A stretch of DNA of 60,555 nucleotides from an uncultured Planctomycetota bacterium (GCA_903916245.1 CAIWVZ010000322.1:1-60555); one strand, 5' to 3'; shown: positions 1-9,546, numbered from the stretch's first letter. Numbers and translations: made by a program. Notes: a model not told the origin generated them from the letters alone.

Positions 1-1780
1 CGAGAGCGACCATCAACTGACGCTTGTATTCATGGAAGCGTTTGACGTGGACGTCGAACGTCATCGATGGATCGAGCGCGATTCCCGTTTCCGTGTAGAT
101 GAAGTTGCAGGCGGACCGCTTCGCGGTCACCTTCACGGCGGCGATCTCGGCGTGCAGCGACGCTTCCTCCGCGCGTGTACGAAGGGACTCGACGAGTCCG
201 AGATTCGTCACCCACTCGGGGCCGACGGCGGAGTCGAGGAGAGCCGCCAAGGCCGGGTTGGCCTTCAGAATCCAAAGGCGAGGCGTGACGCCGTTGGTCG
301 CGTTCGTGAACCGTTCGGGGTGGAGTTTCGCGAATCCCGGAAATAGGCGTTCCTTGATCAAGTCCGAATGCAGCCGGGAGACGCCGTTCGTCGCATGACT
401 GCCCCACACGGCGAGGTTCGCCATGCGGACATGGGGGATCGGCGAGTCGTCGATGATCGACATCGCCGCGCGCGTCGGAGCGTCTTCCGGATCCGATTGC
501 AACGTGATCGCGTCGAGGCGACGATCGAGTTCGCGGATGATCTCCATGTGCCGAGGCAGAACACGATCGAACATCGGAACGGGCCAACGCTCGAGAGCTT
601 CCGGAAGCAGCGTGTGGTTCGTGTAGCCGAGTGTTCCCTTGACCAAATCGAACGCGGTTTCCCAACCGACGCCGTGTTGATCGAGCAACGCGCGCATCAG
701 CTCCGCCACCGCGAGAGCGGGATGCGTGTCGTTCATTTGGAGCGCGACACGACGGGGCAGCCTTCGAAGATCGGTGTCGACGTCGTGGAAGCGTCGTAGC
801 GTGTCCGCAACCGAACACGTCACGAAGAACGCCTCCTGCATGAGTCGCAATTCGCGACCGCGTTCCGATGCATCGTTCGGGTAGAGGATCTTGGTGATGC
901 TTTCGTAGCGGGCCTTTTCGCTCGCCGCACCGACGTAATCGCCCGCGTTGAAGAGATCGAGATCCAAGTCGGACGTCGCGCGTGCCGCCCATAGGCGAAG
1001 GATGTTGATCGTGCGCCCCCCGAATCCCGCGACGAGAATGTCGTGCGGAACACCGACGACGGATCGGGTGTCCACCCATTTCGGGTGATAGCCGCCTTCG
1101 GGGCCGCTTCCGGGGACGACCTTGCCGAAGAACTCGACACGGACGGACTTGTCCGGCTGAACGATCTGCCACGGGCTCGGGAACCGCATCCAGTTGTCGA
1201 GACGTTCCACCTGTTCGCCGTGGATGATCTCCTGGCGGAACATGCCGTGTTCGTAGCGCACCCCGTAACCGATGGCGGGAATGTCCATCGTCGCCATCGA
1301 ATCGAGGAAGCACGCGGCGAGGCGTCCGAGACCACCGTTGCCGAGACCGGCTTCGGGTTCGAGTTCTCCGAGTGACTCGGCCGTCATGCAGAGAGGGCTC
1401 AAGGCTTCGTTGACGGCATCGACCAACCCGAGGTTGTGCAGGTTGGTCACGAGAAGTCTCCCGATCAGGAATTCCATCGAGAGGTAGCCCACCCACTTCT
1501 TGTCGCGGTATCCCGTGGTGGTGCTTTTGAAGCGTGCTTCCACCATGAGGTCGCGGACGGTGTAGGCGACCGCCATCCACACGTCGCGAGGGGAGGCGGA
1601 GATCGGCGCGACCCCCAATCGGAACTTCAGATTTTCGGCGATCGAGCGTCGCAGACTCTCGACGTCGGCGTTCTTCAGACACGACGTCCATACCTTGTGG
1701 AGCGCTTCGGCGCCGCCGGGCGTAGCGGGAGCGCACGAAGGGTCGTCGGGGTACGCCGGGGGAGTCGGAGCGGAAGCCAT
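1..1780 (-). CDS. glgP: Glycogen/alpha-glucan phosphorylase, N-terminal ~593 codons (remainder lies beyond the left window edge)
   Basis: Absent from the supplied ORF track because it runs off the window. My translation of the minus frame from ATG at 1780 reads MASAPTPPAYPDD...RDKKWVGYLSMEFLIGRLL...EPEAGLGNGGLGRLAACFLDSMAT...VALQMNDTHPALAV...LAVWGSHATNGVS. These are hallmark GT35 phosphorylase motifs, and there is no stop down to base 2. The listed 30..1736(-) ORF is a different, Arg-rich frame. Confidence 0.9.
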   Translation of the reverse strand, partial: MASAPTPPAYPDDPSCAPATPGGAEALHKVWTSCLKNADVESLRRSIAENLKFRLGVAPISASPRDVWMAVAYTVRDLMVEARFKSTTTGYRDKKWVGYLSMEFLIGRLLVTNLHNLGLVDAVNEALSPLCMTAESLGELEPEAGLGNGGLGRLAACFLDSMATMDIPAIGYGVRYEHGMFRQEIIHGEQVERLDNWMRFPSPWQIVQPDKSVRVEFFGKVVPGSGPEGGYHPKWVDTRSVVGVPHDILVAGFGGRTINILRLWAARATSDLDLDLFNAGDYVGAASEKARYESITKILYPNDASERGRELRLMQEAFFVTCSVADTLRRFHDVDTDLRRLPRRVALQMNDTHPALAVAELMRALLDQHGVGWETAFDLVKGTLGYTNHTLLPEALERWPVPMFDRVLPRHMEIIRELDRRLDAITLQSDPEDAPTRAAMSIIDDSPIPHVRMANLAVWGSHATNGVSRLHSDLIKERLFPGFAKLHPERFTNATNGVTPRLWILKANPALAALLDSAVGPEWVTNLGLVESLRTRAEEASLHAEIAAVKVTAKRSACNFIYTETGIALDPSMTFDVHVKRFHEYKRQLMVAL

Positions 1781-1841
1781 GAGTTCGGGATTCTAGCGTC
1801 CGACGGCGTCGTCGGAGCGGGTAGCATCGGAGAAGTTGAAG

Positions 1842-4055
1842 ATGACGCCCGTGGAATCAAACCGCATCCCGTGGAGATGGGCGTTCGCTCTCGCGATGGC
1901 GGCGTTGCTTCTGCACACGCCCGCACTCGGACGCTTCCCCCTGCTCGACGACTGGTGGGTGGTGCCGCGTGTCGTCGAGCACGGCGCTCCCGAACCTTGG
2001 CCGAAGACGGGCGATGGCTCCGCGATCGCCCTCGGTGCCCGTGCCGTCGGTGAAGAAGTGCCTCCGCCTTACATGAGCCGCCCCGCGCTTTGGGCCGTGT
2101 GGCGAGCGATCCATGCGTCGTGCGGAGGGATCGACACGCGAGCGCTGCATGCGGCGGCGTGGCTCGCCCATGCGCTGTCGACGTTCCTTCTCGCGCATCT
2201 TTTGGCGGGACTCGTATCCCGTCGCGCCGCGCTTCTTTCGGCGCTTTTGTTCGCCACCGCGGCCCACGGGCTTCAAGCGGTGTCTTGGATCGCGGCGGGC
2301 GGGGACACGCTCGCCACCACCTGCATCCTCGTGGCGTGCCTCGCGGTTCGACGACTTGAAGGAGCCCTCGGTCGCACGATGGTCGCCGAGGTGGTCCTCG
2401 TCGCCGCGGCGAGCGCGGCATTGTTGTGCAAGGAATCGGCGATCGCTTTGTTCCCGATCGTCGGCCTCGTGGCGATCGAGGCGGGTCTCGGCCTGCGCCG
2501 CATGATGCTCGTGGCCGCATCGTTGTCGGTGGCCGTCGGTGTCGCGGCGGTCGTGCGTATGGAAGATGCGCGCGTCGGCGGTATCGCGTGGCCCACCTGG
2601 GAAGCGATCGTGAACACCCCGTGGAACGTCGGGCAGCTGTTGCGGCAGGCGGCGGCTCCGGTGTTGTCGGACGGATCGCCGATGGCGGTCGAATCGTGGA
2701 CCGTTCCCTTCCGACGCGTCGTCGGGATTTTCCTCGTGGCGTTGCCGATTCTCTTCGGAGTCGTTCGGGGCGCGTCGCGCGACCGACGTCGGATCGCGGC
2801 CGGACTCGTCGTCGCCGTCGTCGCGCTGTTGCCGACCGCGTGGGTGGTCCTCGTCCACACGACGGAGATACGCACCAACTTTTTCGGAAGGTTGACCTAT
2901 GCCCCATGGATCGGCGTCTTGTTTGCCGTCGCCGTCGGGTGGTCCATCCTCGAAGCCCACGCGCGTCGAGTCGCATGGTGCGTCGCCTTCGCGCTCCTCG
3001 GTCATGCCGGATGGTCGATGGTCGAAGGCATGCGCCACGAAGCGCACGTCGATCGACGCGTGGAGGCGCGGTTGTCGGTGGTCGCCGCGATCGAGCCGCA
3101 AGAAGCGACGGTGATCGTCGTGGATCCGCACGCCTTCGACGGCGGACTTCCGTTGCTCGGATTCGGCATCGAGGACGCCTTTTCCGGAGCGTTCCCGCAA
3201 CGCCGCCGCGACGTGGTGTGGATTCCCGACCGTGAGAGCCTCGCGCGGTCTTCGAGGTTGCGTTCGTTGCGCGCTCCTTACGCGGCGGTCGACTTCACCG
3301 CGTCCGATGTGCCGGTCGTCTCCGTCGTGTCCGAATCGGTTCCGTTGCCGACGTTGGGAGCACAACCCATCACCGATCTCTCGGCGCGTGACCCCGCGGG
3401 TCGTGTCGCGCCCGGGCCCGTCTTGGGGATCCGCGTGCGCGGACGCGCCCTCGGCAAAGCCGTTGTGACGACATGGTTCACCGACGTGGGCGTTTTCAAC
3501 GTGTCGGTGCCGACCACCCCGGGACATGGAGAGTGGTTCCTCGATGCTCCCGAGGATGTGACGTGGACATCCGCGTCCGCCATCGATCAAGTCCGCGTGG
3601 AAGGGCTGACACCGGGAGCGGAGTGGGAGTGGCGGGTCGCGCCGCCGCGTACGGAGGTCCGCGTCCTTTCGACGTCGACGCCGGAGAGGCCCGTGGGGCT
3701 CGAGGCGCACGTGCCCTCGGGCACGGCGAAGGTGGTGCTCAGGTGGCGATTCTTGGCTATCGAAGGATCGAAGCGGGAATGGGTCGGGTCGTGGGTCGAA
3801 GCGCCGACCCGCCGCGTCGGCGTGGTCGACGGGATGGACGTCGTCGATATCGCTCCGGCGTGGACCGACCGTATCGGATTCGCGGGAGCGGGTGAGGCGA
3901 TGACGTGGAGGGAGGCCGTAGGCATCCTGCGCCGAAGCGGCGAGAGCGGTGCCACGCGATTGCAGTTCGAAGTCAAGGTCGTTCCCGTCGTCGACGGTCG
4001 ATTCGGCGAGCCGTCCGCGTGGCGGCTGGGATACCTCCGACTTCCATCGCCGTGA
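1842..4055 (+). CDS. Polytopic membrane protein, GT-C-fold glycosyltransferase-like (PMT_2/TMTC-like N-terminal half) with ~330-aa C-terminal soluble domain
   Basis: ORF 1836..4055. I prefer ATG 1842, with GGAG 9 nt upstream. There are about 11 hydrophobic segments. An early loop motif FPLLDDWW and a later LLCKESAIALFP resemble the acidic-loop and KE motifs of GT-C mannosyltransferase-like proteins. The C-terminal half is beta-rich and non-membrane. The family call is by eye only. Confidence 0.55.
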   Translation: MTPVESNRIPWRWAFALAMAALLLHTPALGRFPLLDDWWVVPRVVEHGAPEPWPKTGDGSAIALGARAVGEEVPPPYMSRPALWAVWRAIHASCGGIDTRALHAAAWLAHALSTFLLAHLLAGLVSRRAALLSALLFATAAHGLQAVSWIAAGGDTLATTCILVACLAVRRLEGALGRTMVAEVVLVAAASAALLCKESAIALFPIVGLVAIEAGLGLRRMMLVAASLSVAVGVAAVVRMEDARVGGIAWPTWEAIVNTPWNVGQLLRQAAAPVLSDGSPMAVESWTVPFRRVVGIFLVALPILFGVVRGASRDRRRIAAGLVVAVVALLPTAWVVLVHTTEIRTNFFGRLTYAPWIGVLFAVAVGWSILEAHARRVAWCVAFALLGHAGWSMVEGMRHEAHVDRRVEARLSVVAAIEPQEATVIVVDPHAFDGGLPLLGFGIEDAFSGAFPQRRRDVVWIPDRESLARSSRLRSLRAPYAAVDFTASDVPVVSVVSESVPLPTLGAQPITDLSARDPAGRVAPGPVLGIRVRGRALGKAVVTTWFTDVGVFNVSVPTTPGHGEWFLDAPEDVTWTSASAIDQVRVEGLTPGAEWEWRVAPPRTEVRVLSTSTPERPVGLEAHVPSGTAKVVLRWRFLAIEGSKREWVGSWVEAPTRRVGVVDGMDVVDIAPAWTDRIGFAGAGEAMTWREAVGILRRSGESGATRLQFEVKVVPVVDGRFGEPSAWRLGYLRLPSP

Positions 4056-4080
4056 ATCCGGCGCGGACTTCGGTCGGCAA

Positions 4081-4815
4081 TCAGTAGCGACGGCGCGGAG
4101 CGTTGACGTAGCGGCAGTCGGTGCACCGCAACGTGTCGACGCCGAGCAGGCGGGCCGATCCCGGGGCTTTGCGAATCGCGATGCGGTCCCCCGTGTCCAC
4201 CGGAATCAGCGACGGATCGTTGTCGCACGTGAGTGTCGCGGGACCGCGCGTGAGATCGATCGTCAGTGCTTCCGACTCTCCCATCACGAGGTGGTGGAGA
4301 AAATCGGTGCAGTTGTTGAACGCGATTCCGATGCCGCAGCGGATCGCCATGCGCGTCACCGAACGAAAGTAGGCCGACGAACCGAACGGCGTCGCCACCA
4401 CCAGCCCGTCACCGATGACTTCTTCCGTTACCGGCATGCCGTTGAGCGAGACGACGAAGCGCACCGCCGCCCGCGGATCGGCGTTTCGGAAGATGATGTC
4501 GTTCACCGCGAGCAGGAGATGGTCGCGGAAGCGACCTTCCAATTTGAGCAGTTGCTCTTCGTCCATGCGGCCCGCGCGGAGGCGGTCGAGGACGACGTCG
4601 TCCGCATGGCGCGGACACTTGACGCAGGTATCGTCGGTGCGAATTCCGAGTTTCGGCACTTCCGGCCAAGAGCGCTCGGCCCCGATCAGCGTGCCGTCGC
4701 CGCCGTAAGCGATGATGACGTCCGGACGGTCCTCGTCGAGCGAGAATCCTGATTGGATCACGGTGTCCCGGAAGGAGTCGGGAGCGTGCCCGACGATGCG
4801 GACGCGTTGGATCAC
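4081..4815 (-). CDS. nadK: NAD(+) kinase
   Basis: 244 aa with a GTG start. Motifs: IIAYGGDGTLI (GGDGT) and VVATPFGSSAYFRS, the conserved NAD-kinase C-terminal motif. Confidence 0.85.
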   Translation of the reverse strand: MIQRVRIVGHAPDSFRDTVIQSGFSLDEDRPDVIIAYGGDGTLIGAERSWPEVPKLGIRTDDTCVKCPRHADDVVLDRLRAGRMDEEQLLKLEGRFRDHLLLAVNDIIFRNADPRAAVRFVVSLNGMPVTEEVIGDGLVVATPFGSSAYFRSVTRMAIRCGIGIAFNNCTDFLHHLVMGESEALTIDLTRGPATLTCDNDPSLIPVDTGDRIAIRKAPGSARLLGVDTLRCTDCRYVNAPRRRY

Positions 4816-4907
4816 GGCGGGTCACGGTAACCCGGACCCGCATGAACCAAAACCAACAAAGACGTGCCTGAAATCGCGTAGGATGGAGGTGCGCACCCCG
4901 TCGTCCC

Positions 4908-5696
4908 ATGGATTCACGCGACAATACGCCCGACTTGGACCGTCTTTCCCGATTGGCCATCGACAAAGCCGCATCCCGTGCGGCCCGTGAGCGGGTCGAA
5001 ACCCGTCGTCGGTTCATCGCGGGGCTCGGTGCCGGTGCCGTCCTGACCGCTCTCGGCGGAGCGACCTACGTCGTTTCAGGGTGTTCCGAATCCGTCGAGC
5101 CCCCCGCCTCGGCGTCGACGCCGCGTTCGGACGGACGTCCGCGTATTCCTCCCGGCCAAACTTTGATCGAGCGGCTGCGTCCGATGGGGAAGGCGGAAGG
5201 CGGTTCGGAGTGGGTCGACGCGTCATCCTGGCGCTTGCGTGTCCACGGAGCGGTGAAGAAGCCGCTGGATCTTTCACTGAAGGACCTGCGAGCGCTTCCG
5301 CAGGTCGATCAGATCTGCGACGTCCACTGCGTCACGACGTGGTCGGTTCTCGACGCCGCGTTCTCCGGGGTTCGCTTGTCGTATCTCGCCGATCTCGCGG
5401 GTGTCGAAGCCCGCGCCGCGCATGTGATCTTCGAATCCGATGCGGGCTACACGGCAAACATCCTTCTCGAAGAAGCGTTGGCCCCCGACGTCCTCGTCGC
5501 CCACGCGCACGACGGCCTACCGCTCTCTCCGGCGAACGGGGCTCCTCTGCGCTCTATCGTTCCCGCGCTCTACTTCTGGAAGAGCACCAAGTTTCTCACG
5601 GGGATCCGATTCCAAGCCGTCGACGAGCCCGGTTATTGGGAGACGCGCGGCTACCACAACCACGCCGATCCGTGGAAGGAAGAACGATACTCGTGA
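4908..5696 (+). CDS. Periplasmic molybdopterin oxidoreductase, sulfite-oxidase/YedY (MsrP)-like, Tat-exported
   Basis: 262 aa. It has a twin-arginine signal (ETRRRFIAGLGAGAV). The Moco-domain core reads WRLRVHGAVKKPLDLSLKDLRALP...CDVHCVTTWSV (Moco-Cys context)...GAPLRSIVPALYFWKSTKFL...GYWETRGYH. Confidence 0.8.
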   Translation: MDSRDNTPDLDRLSRLAIDKAASRAARERVETRRRFIAGLGAGAVLTALGGATYVVSGCSESVEPPASASTPRSDGRPRIPPGQTLIERLRPMGKAEGGSEWVDASSWRLRVHGAVKKPLDLSLKDLRALPQVDQICDVHCVTTWSVLDAAFSGVRLSYLADLAGVEARAAHVIFESDAGYTANILLEEALAPDVLVAHAHDGLPLSPANGAPLRSIVPALYFWKSTKFLTGIRFQAVDEPGYWETRGYHNHADPWKEERYS

Positions 5697-6238
5697 GCGG
5701 ATCGTGGCTGCGAACGCTTCACCGCGACCTCGGTTTTCTCGCGTTCGGATTGACCGTCGTTTACGCGGTTTCCGGAGTGGCCGTGAACCACATCGGGACG
5801 TGGGATCCGAACTTCGTCCGTGAAGAACGCACCGCGGAACTCGGGCCACAAACCGGACAACCTTCCGCCGTCGTTGCCGTCGCCATGGAGCGACTCGGTC
5901 TGAGTCCGGCCACGTGGTCGGTCGACGTGGTCGACGACACGCGGATCGACATCAAGTTCAAAGACGGACAAGCGTCGGTGAACCCGAAGACGGGGCGAGC
6001 CGTCGCGCGCACCGATCGTGCCCGACCCGTGCTGCGTTCGATGAACTGGTTGCATCTGAATCGGGGGAAGGGCGGATGGACGTGGATCGCCGACGGTTAC
6101 GCCGTCATCCTCGGGATCCTCGCGATTTCCGGGCTTTGCATCGCCCCCGTCCGCCGACAACTCGCGGGGCGGGGGGGCGTGTTCCTGGCGATCGGAATTG
6201 CTCTACCCGTCGGTTGGGTGTTGCTGTTCGGCCCTTGA
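5693..6238 (+). CDS. PepSY-domain / PepSY_TM-like membrane protein (3 TM, conserved LH motifs)
   Basis: This is the in-frame tail of ORF 5081..6238. The GTG at 5693 overlaps the upstream stop (GTGA). It reads SWLRTLHRDLGFLAFGLTVVYAVSG, then a soluble PepSY-like beta segment, then MNWLHLNRGKGGWTWIADGYAVILGILAISGL, as in PepSY-associated TM helix proteins. Confidence 0.6.
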   Translation: MSGSWLRTLHRDLGFLAFGLTVVYAVSGVAVNHIGTWDPNFVREERTAELGPQTGQPSAVVAVAMERLGLSPATWSVDVVDDTRIDIKFKDGQASVNPKTGRAVARTDRARPVLRSMNWLHLNRGKGGWTWIADGYAVILGILAISGLCIAPVRRQLAGRGGVFLAIGIALPVGWVLLFGP

Positions 6239-6287
6239 GAGTCCGAGGCCCGTCACCGACCCGAGGCTCCCGCATTACCATGAACGC

Positions 6288-7568
6288 ATGCGGATCCTGA
6301 TTCTCGCGTGTGTCTTGTTCGTGATTCCGGTGGCGGCTCAAGAGTCGCGCCCCGCGGCGCCCGTCGGTCCCGTTCCTTCGCAGCAGGATGTGGACGCGGC
6401 CATTCTGAAGGGAGCGTCGATTCTCGTCGGACTCCAAGAGTCCTACGGCGACGAGGGAAACCCGGCGCGAGCGGGACAGTATCCACGGCTGAAGACGGAC
6501 GATGCCCGTCTCGCGCACGACGAGAAGGTGCGCGGGTGGCTGCGGTCGAAGCAGACGGCGCAGTCCGCGGAGTGGCCCTACGAGGGGGTGTATCGCGAGA
6601 AGGGCGTCATTCCTCCCGGCTATCGCGTCGGCGGGACGTCGATCGCGTGTCTCGCGCTGCTCGCCGCGCCGGAGTTCGCGAGCGACAAGGTGCGACGCGC
6701 GTCGTTCGACAAAGGTCTCGAGTTCGTTCTCAAGGAACTCGAGAAGAACCCGGATCTCTTCGCGGGTTTCAACGCGACCTACGATGTGCGTGGATGGGCG
6801 CACGCGTACGGACTCGAGCTCTGTTTGACCGCCCTCGACATGAAGGTGTTGAAGCCTGAAGTCGCCACCCGCGCCGAGCGCATGGCGAAGACGCTGGTTC
6901 GTGTTCTCGAAGAGACGGAGATCAAGAAGACGGGCGGTTGGAACTACGCGCGGCGCGGCGGCTACGAAAAGCCGACGCCCGCGTCGCCCTTCATGACCGC
7001 GCCGACGCTGATGTTCCTGTTTCATGCGAAGGCGCGCGGTCTCTCCGTGGACGCATCGGTCGTCGACCGCGCCCTGAAGTCGATCGAGGATGCGCGACTC
7101 GACAACGACGCGTTCCAGTACTCGACGAACCCCTCGCGCAAGTCCGCCACCGGAGGCGACGACGTCCCCGGTGCGTGCGCGCGCATGGCGGCGGCGGAAC
7201 TCGTCCTGCATCTCGCCGGCCGCGGTGGAGTGGATCGCATTCGACGTGCCGTCGATGCGTTCTTCACCCACTGGGGAGAACTGGAAGTGCGGCGTCGGCA
7301 ATCGGGTACGCACATTCCGCCGTACATGGTTGCGCCCTACTACTTCCATTTCGGCCATCGGTACGCCGCGCTCGCCATCGAGCAATTGCCGGAGAACGAA
7401 CGACCCGCGTTGCGCGATCGTCTTCGGGCGACGTACTGGAAGACGCGCGAATCGAATGGCGCATGGAATGATCGGGAGTTCGTGCGTTCGGAGTCGTTCG
7501 GTACCGCGATGGCGATGCTCGGCTTGGCGACACCGAATGCACCGGCTCCCGCGGTCTGGAAACCGTAA
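6288..7568 (+). CDS. Secreted alpha/alpha-toroid protein with prenyltransferase/terpene-cyclase-like repeats
   Basis: ORF 6198..7568. ATG 6288 gives the signal peptide MRILILACVLFVIPVAAQ. Repeated aromatic/GGW-type motifs (KKTGGWNYARRGG, SNGAWNDREF, VRGWAHAYGLEL) resemble squalene-cyclase/prenyltransferase repeats. The family call is tentative. Confidence 0.5.
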   Translation: MRILILACVLFVIPVAAQESRPAAPVGPVPSQQDVDAAILKGASILVGLQESYGDEGNPARAGQYPRLKTDDARLAHDEKVRGWLRSKQTAQSAEWPYEGVYREKGVIPPGYRVGGTSIACLALLAAPEFASDKVRRASFDKGLEFVLKELEKNPDLFAGFNATYDVRGWAHAYGLELCLTALDMKVLKPEVATRAERMAKTLVRVLEETEIKKTGGWNYARRGGYEKPTPASPFMTAPTLMFLFHAKARGLSVDASVVDRALKSIEDARLDNDAFQYSTNPSRKSATGGDDVPGACARMAAAELVLHLAGRGGVDRIRRAVDAFFTHWGELEVRRRQSGTHIPPYMVAPYYFHFGHRYAALAIEQLPENERPALRDRLRATYWKTRESNGAWNDREFVRSESFGTAMAMLGLATPNAPAPAVWKP

Positions 7569-9407
7569 TCAGACGGCCGCTTCGCGCGGTTGCTGCAGCG
7601 CGGATCGTTCGACCGTGTTCAAGATTCCCTGCACCATGCTCGTGAACGCCCCGCGATTGAACGGCTTCTGCAGGACCCAGCGTTTGGCACCGCGCACACC
7701 CGATTCGCCGAGTTCGTTGCCCGCGTAACCGGTGATGAACAAGATGGGCGGGTCGGCCCGTGTGGCGCGGAGACGCGTGGCGAGGACGCCGCCCCCCATC
7801 TTCGGCATGACGAAGTCCGTGATGACGAGGTCGGGTGCGATGGGCGCGCGCGAGAACGCGGCGAGCGCTTCTTCGCCGTTCGACGCTTCGATCACGCGAT
7901 GGTCGAGCGCGGTGAGGTGAGAGCGAAGGAGGCCGCGGAGGCGCGCATCGTCTTCCACGAGGAGTACGGTGCATCCACGTCGACCCTCGGTCATCGGCCG
8001 CTCCGTGACGGGTTGAGGTCGCTCGGAGGAGATCGGCAACAGGATCGTGATCGTCGTACCGGCACCCTGACGGCTTGCGACCGCAAGGTGACCGGATGAC
8101 TGCCCGACGAGCGAACGCACCGTCGAGAGACCCAGGCCGATCCCGCGTCCCGCTTCCTTCGTCGTGAAGAACGGCTCGAAGACGCGCGAAAGAACTTCGG
8201 GGGACATCCCGATGCCGTCGTCGGCGACGACGAGGCGCACGTGACCACCCGGCCGAAGATTCAACGCCGACGCTTCCGCGGCGTCGACGAACGCGGGATC
8301 CACCGTGATCGTGAGCGACCCACCGCACGGCATCGCGTCGTTCGCGTTGGCCGCGAGGTTGAGGAGAATGCGCGTCAGGTGCCCCGGGTCGATGTTGACG
8401 TACGTCTCACGTGTAAGGCGTGTTCGTACTTCGATATCTTCGCGAAGCAGCCGACGGATCATGTTCTTGGTGTCGTCGACCGCCGAGGCCAAGTCCACGG
8501 TTCGCGGCGAGATCGGCTGCCGACGGCTGAACGCGAGGAGTTGTCCCGTGAGAGAGGCCGCGCGGTCCGTCGACCGACGGATTTCGTCGACGGCCTCGGC
8601 CACCACGGGAGTCTGTCGGGCGATGATGTCCGCGTAGCCCGCGATCACGGTGATGATGTTGTTGAAATCGTGAGCCATGCCGCCCGCGAGACGCCCCAAC
8701 GATTCGATGCGCTCCATGTCTTGAAGACGTCGGCGAAGCGCGTCCGCTTCGGTGACGTCGCGAGCGACGTTGAAGATCAACGTCCGTCCATTCGAGGGAA
8801 TCGGGCAGGCGACGAGTTCGATCTCGCGGGCTTGGCCGTTGCCGAGGCGATGTCGGGTGCGGATCGATTGGAGGTTCCCGGCGAGGATGTCTCGGATGGT
8901 CGCGCGCCGTTCGTCGGGGGAGTTGGTCGCCAGAAGTGAGAGCGGTTTCCCGAGGAGCGAGGCTTCGTCGTAGCCGTACAAGCGGCACGCGGCCGGGTTG
9001 ATCGCGACGATGTGTTCGTCCTCCGGATCGATGACGAACATGGGCAACGTGCCGATTTCGAAGATCTTTCGGTAGCGGCTTTCGCTTGCGTCGAGAGCTT
9101 GCCTCGATTCGGCGAGGTGGCGTTCTTGTCCATCCACGCGAAGCAACAGGATCGCCGAGATGATGGCGGTGACGAGTCCGATCGCGACGAGAGCCCGCAG
9201 TGCCCGTTGGAGCGAGTCGACGGCCCCAAACTGGATCGGAGGCTCGCCGCTCAATAGGTGCTTGTGGTCTTCGGCACGTAAGGCGTCGAGAACCGAGTCG
9301 ATGACCGGGAGGGCCCAAAGCGACAACGCGATGACGACGAGCATCGCGAGACCCAACGTCACCATCGTGACGGTCGGGGTGAAGGTACGGCGGAGGAGGT
9401 GCAGCAT
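7569..9407 (-). CDS. Hybrid sensor histidine kinase / response regulator (2 TM, PAS, HisKA, HATPase_c, REC)
   Basis: 612 aa. It has an N-terminal TM pair and a PAS-like region (SESRYRKIFEIGTLPMFVIDPED). The H-box is GGMAHDFNNIITVIAGY. The ATPase boxes are NLAANANDAM, ADDGIGM and GIGLGLS. The C-terminal receiver reads TVLLVEDDARL...DLVITDFVMPKMGG. Confidence 0.9.
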   Translation of the reverse strand: MLHLLRRTFTPTVTMVTLGLAMLVVIALSLWALPVIDSVLDALRAEDHKHLLSGEPPIQFGAVDSLQRALRALVAIGLVTAIISAILLLRVDGQERHLAESRQALDASESRYRKIFEIGTLPMFVIDPEDEHIVAINPAACRLYGYDEASLLGKPLSLLATNSPDERRATIRDILAGNLQSIRTRHRLGNGQAREIELVACPIPSNGRTLIFNVARDVTEADALRRRLQDMERIESLGRLAGGMAHDFNNIITVIAGYADIIARQTPVVAEAVDEIRRSTDRAASLTGQLLAFSRRQPISPRTVDLASAVDDTKNMIRRLLREDIEVRTRLTRETYVNIDPGHLTRILLNLAANANDAMPCGGSLTITVDPAFVDAAEASALNLRPGGHVRLVVADDGIGMSPEVLSRVFEPFFTTKEAGRGIGLGLSTVRSLVGQSSGHLAVASRQGAGTTITILLPISSERPQPVTERPMTEGRRGCTVLLVEDDARLRGLLRSHLTALDHRVIEASNGEEALAAFSRAPIAPDLVITDFVMPKMGGGVLATRLRATRADPPILFITGYAGNELGESGVRGAKRWVLQKPFNRGAFTSMVQGILNTVERSALQQPREAAV

Positions 9408-9503
9408 GGAAGCATCCCTTTGCAGCCGGGACGGTTGGGGGCGCGCATCCTAGAGAGCGGCGGGCCTTAAAAACCCAAAGTTCGAGAAAATCCACAAGGC
9501 GCG

Positions 9504-9546
9504 CCGTGCACATCGTGCACGGGGTGGCCGAGCGTCACGCTCGGCC
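9504..9546. repeat. Two adjacent perfect palindromes (8-bp arms, 3-nt spacer; 9-bp arms, 3-nt spacer) in a divergent intergenic region
   Basis: CCGTGCAC-ATC-GTGCACGG lies at 9504-9522 and GGCCGAGCG-TCA-CGCTCGGCC at 9526-9546. They sit between the kinase start (9407, minus) and the GEVED-paralog start (9657, plus). Confidence 0.6.

Noticed and set aside
30-1736. 568-aa minus-strand ORF at the left edge (MRSRYARRRRS...).
   Set aside because: It is extremely Arg/Pro/Gly-rich with no motifs. It is an alternative frame of the same strand as the clearly recognisable glgP reading frame (1..1780), which the track omitted because it is edge-truncated.
1675-3710. Long minus-strand ORFs 1675..2976 and 1857..3710, and several nested plus-strand ORFs, overlapping the 1842..4055 membrane protein.
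   Set aside because: Their translations are dominated by R, P, G and D, as is typical of antisense or off-frame reading of GC-rich coding DNA. The plus-frame product has coherent TM-helix periodicity.
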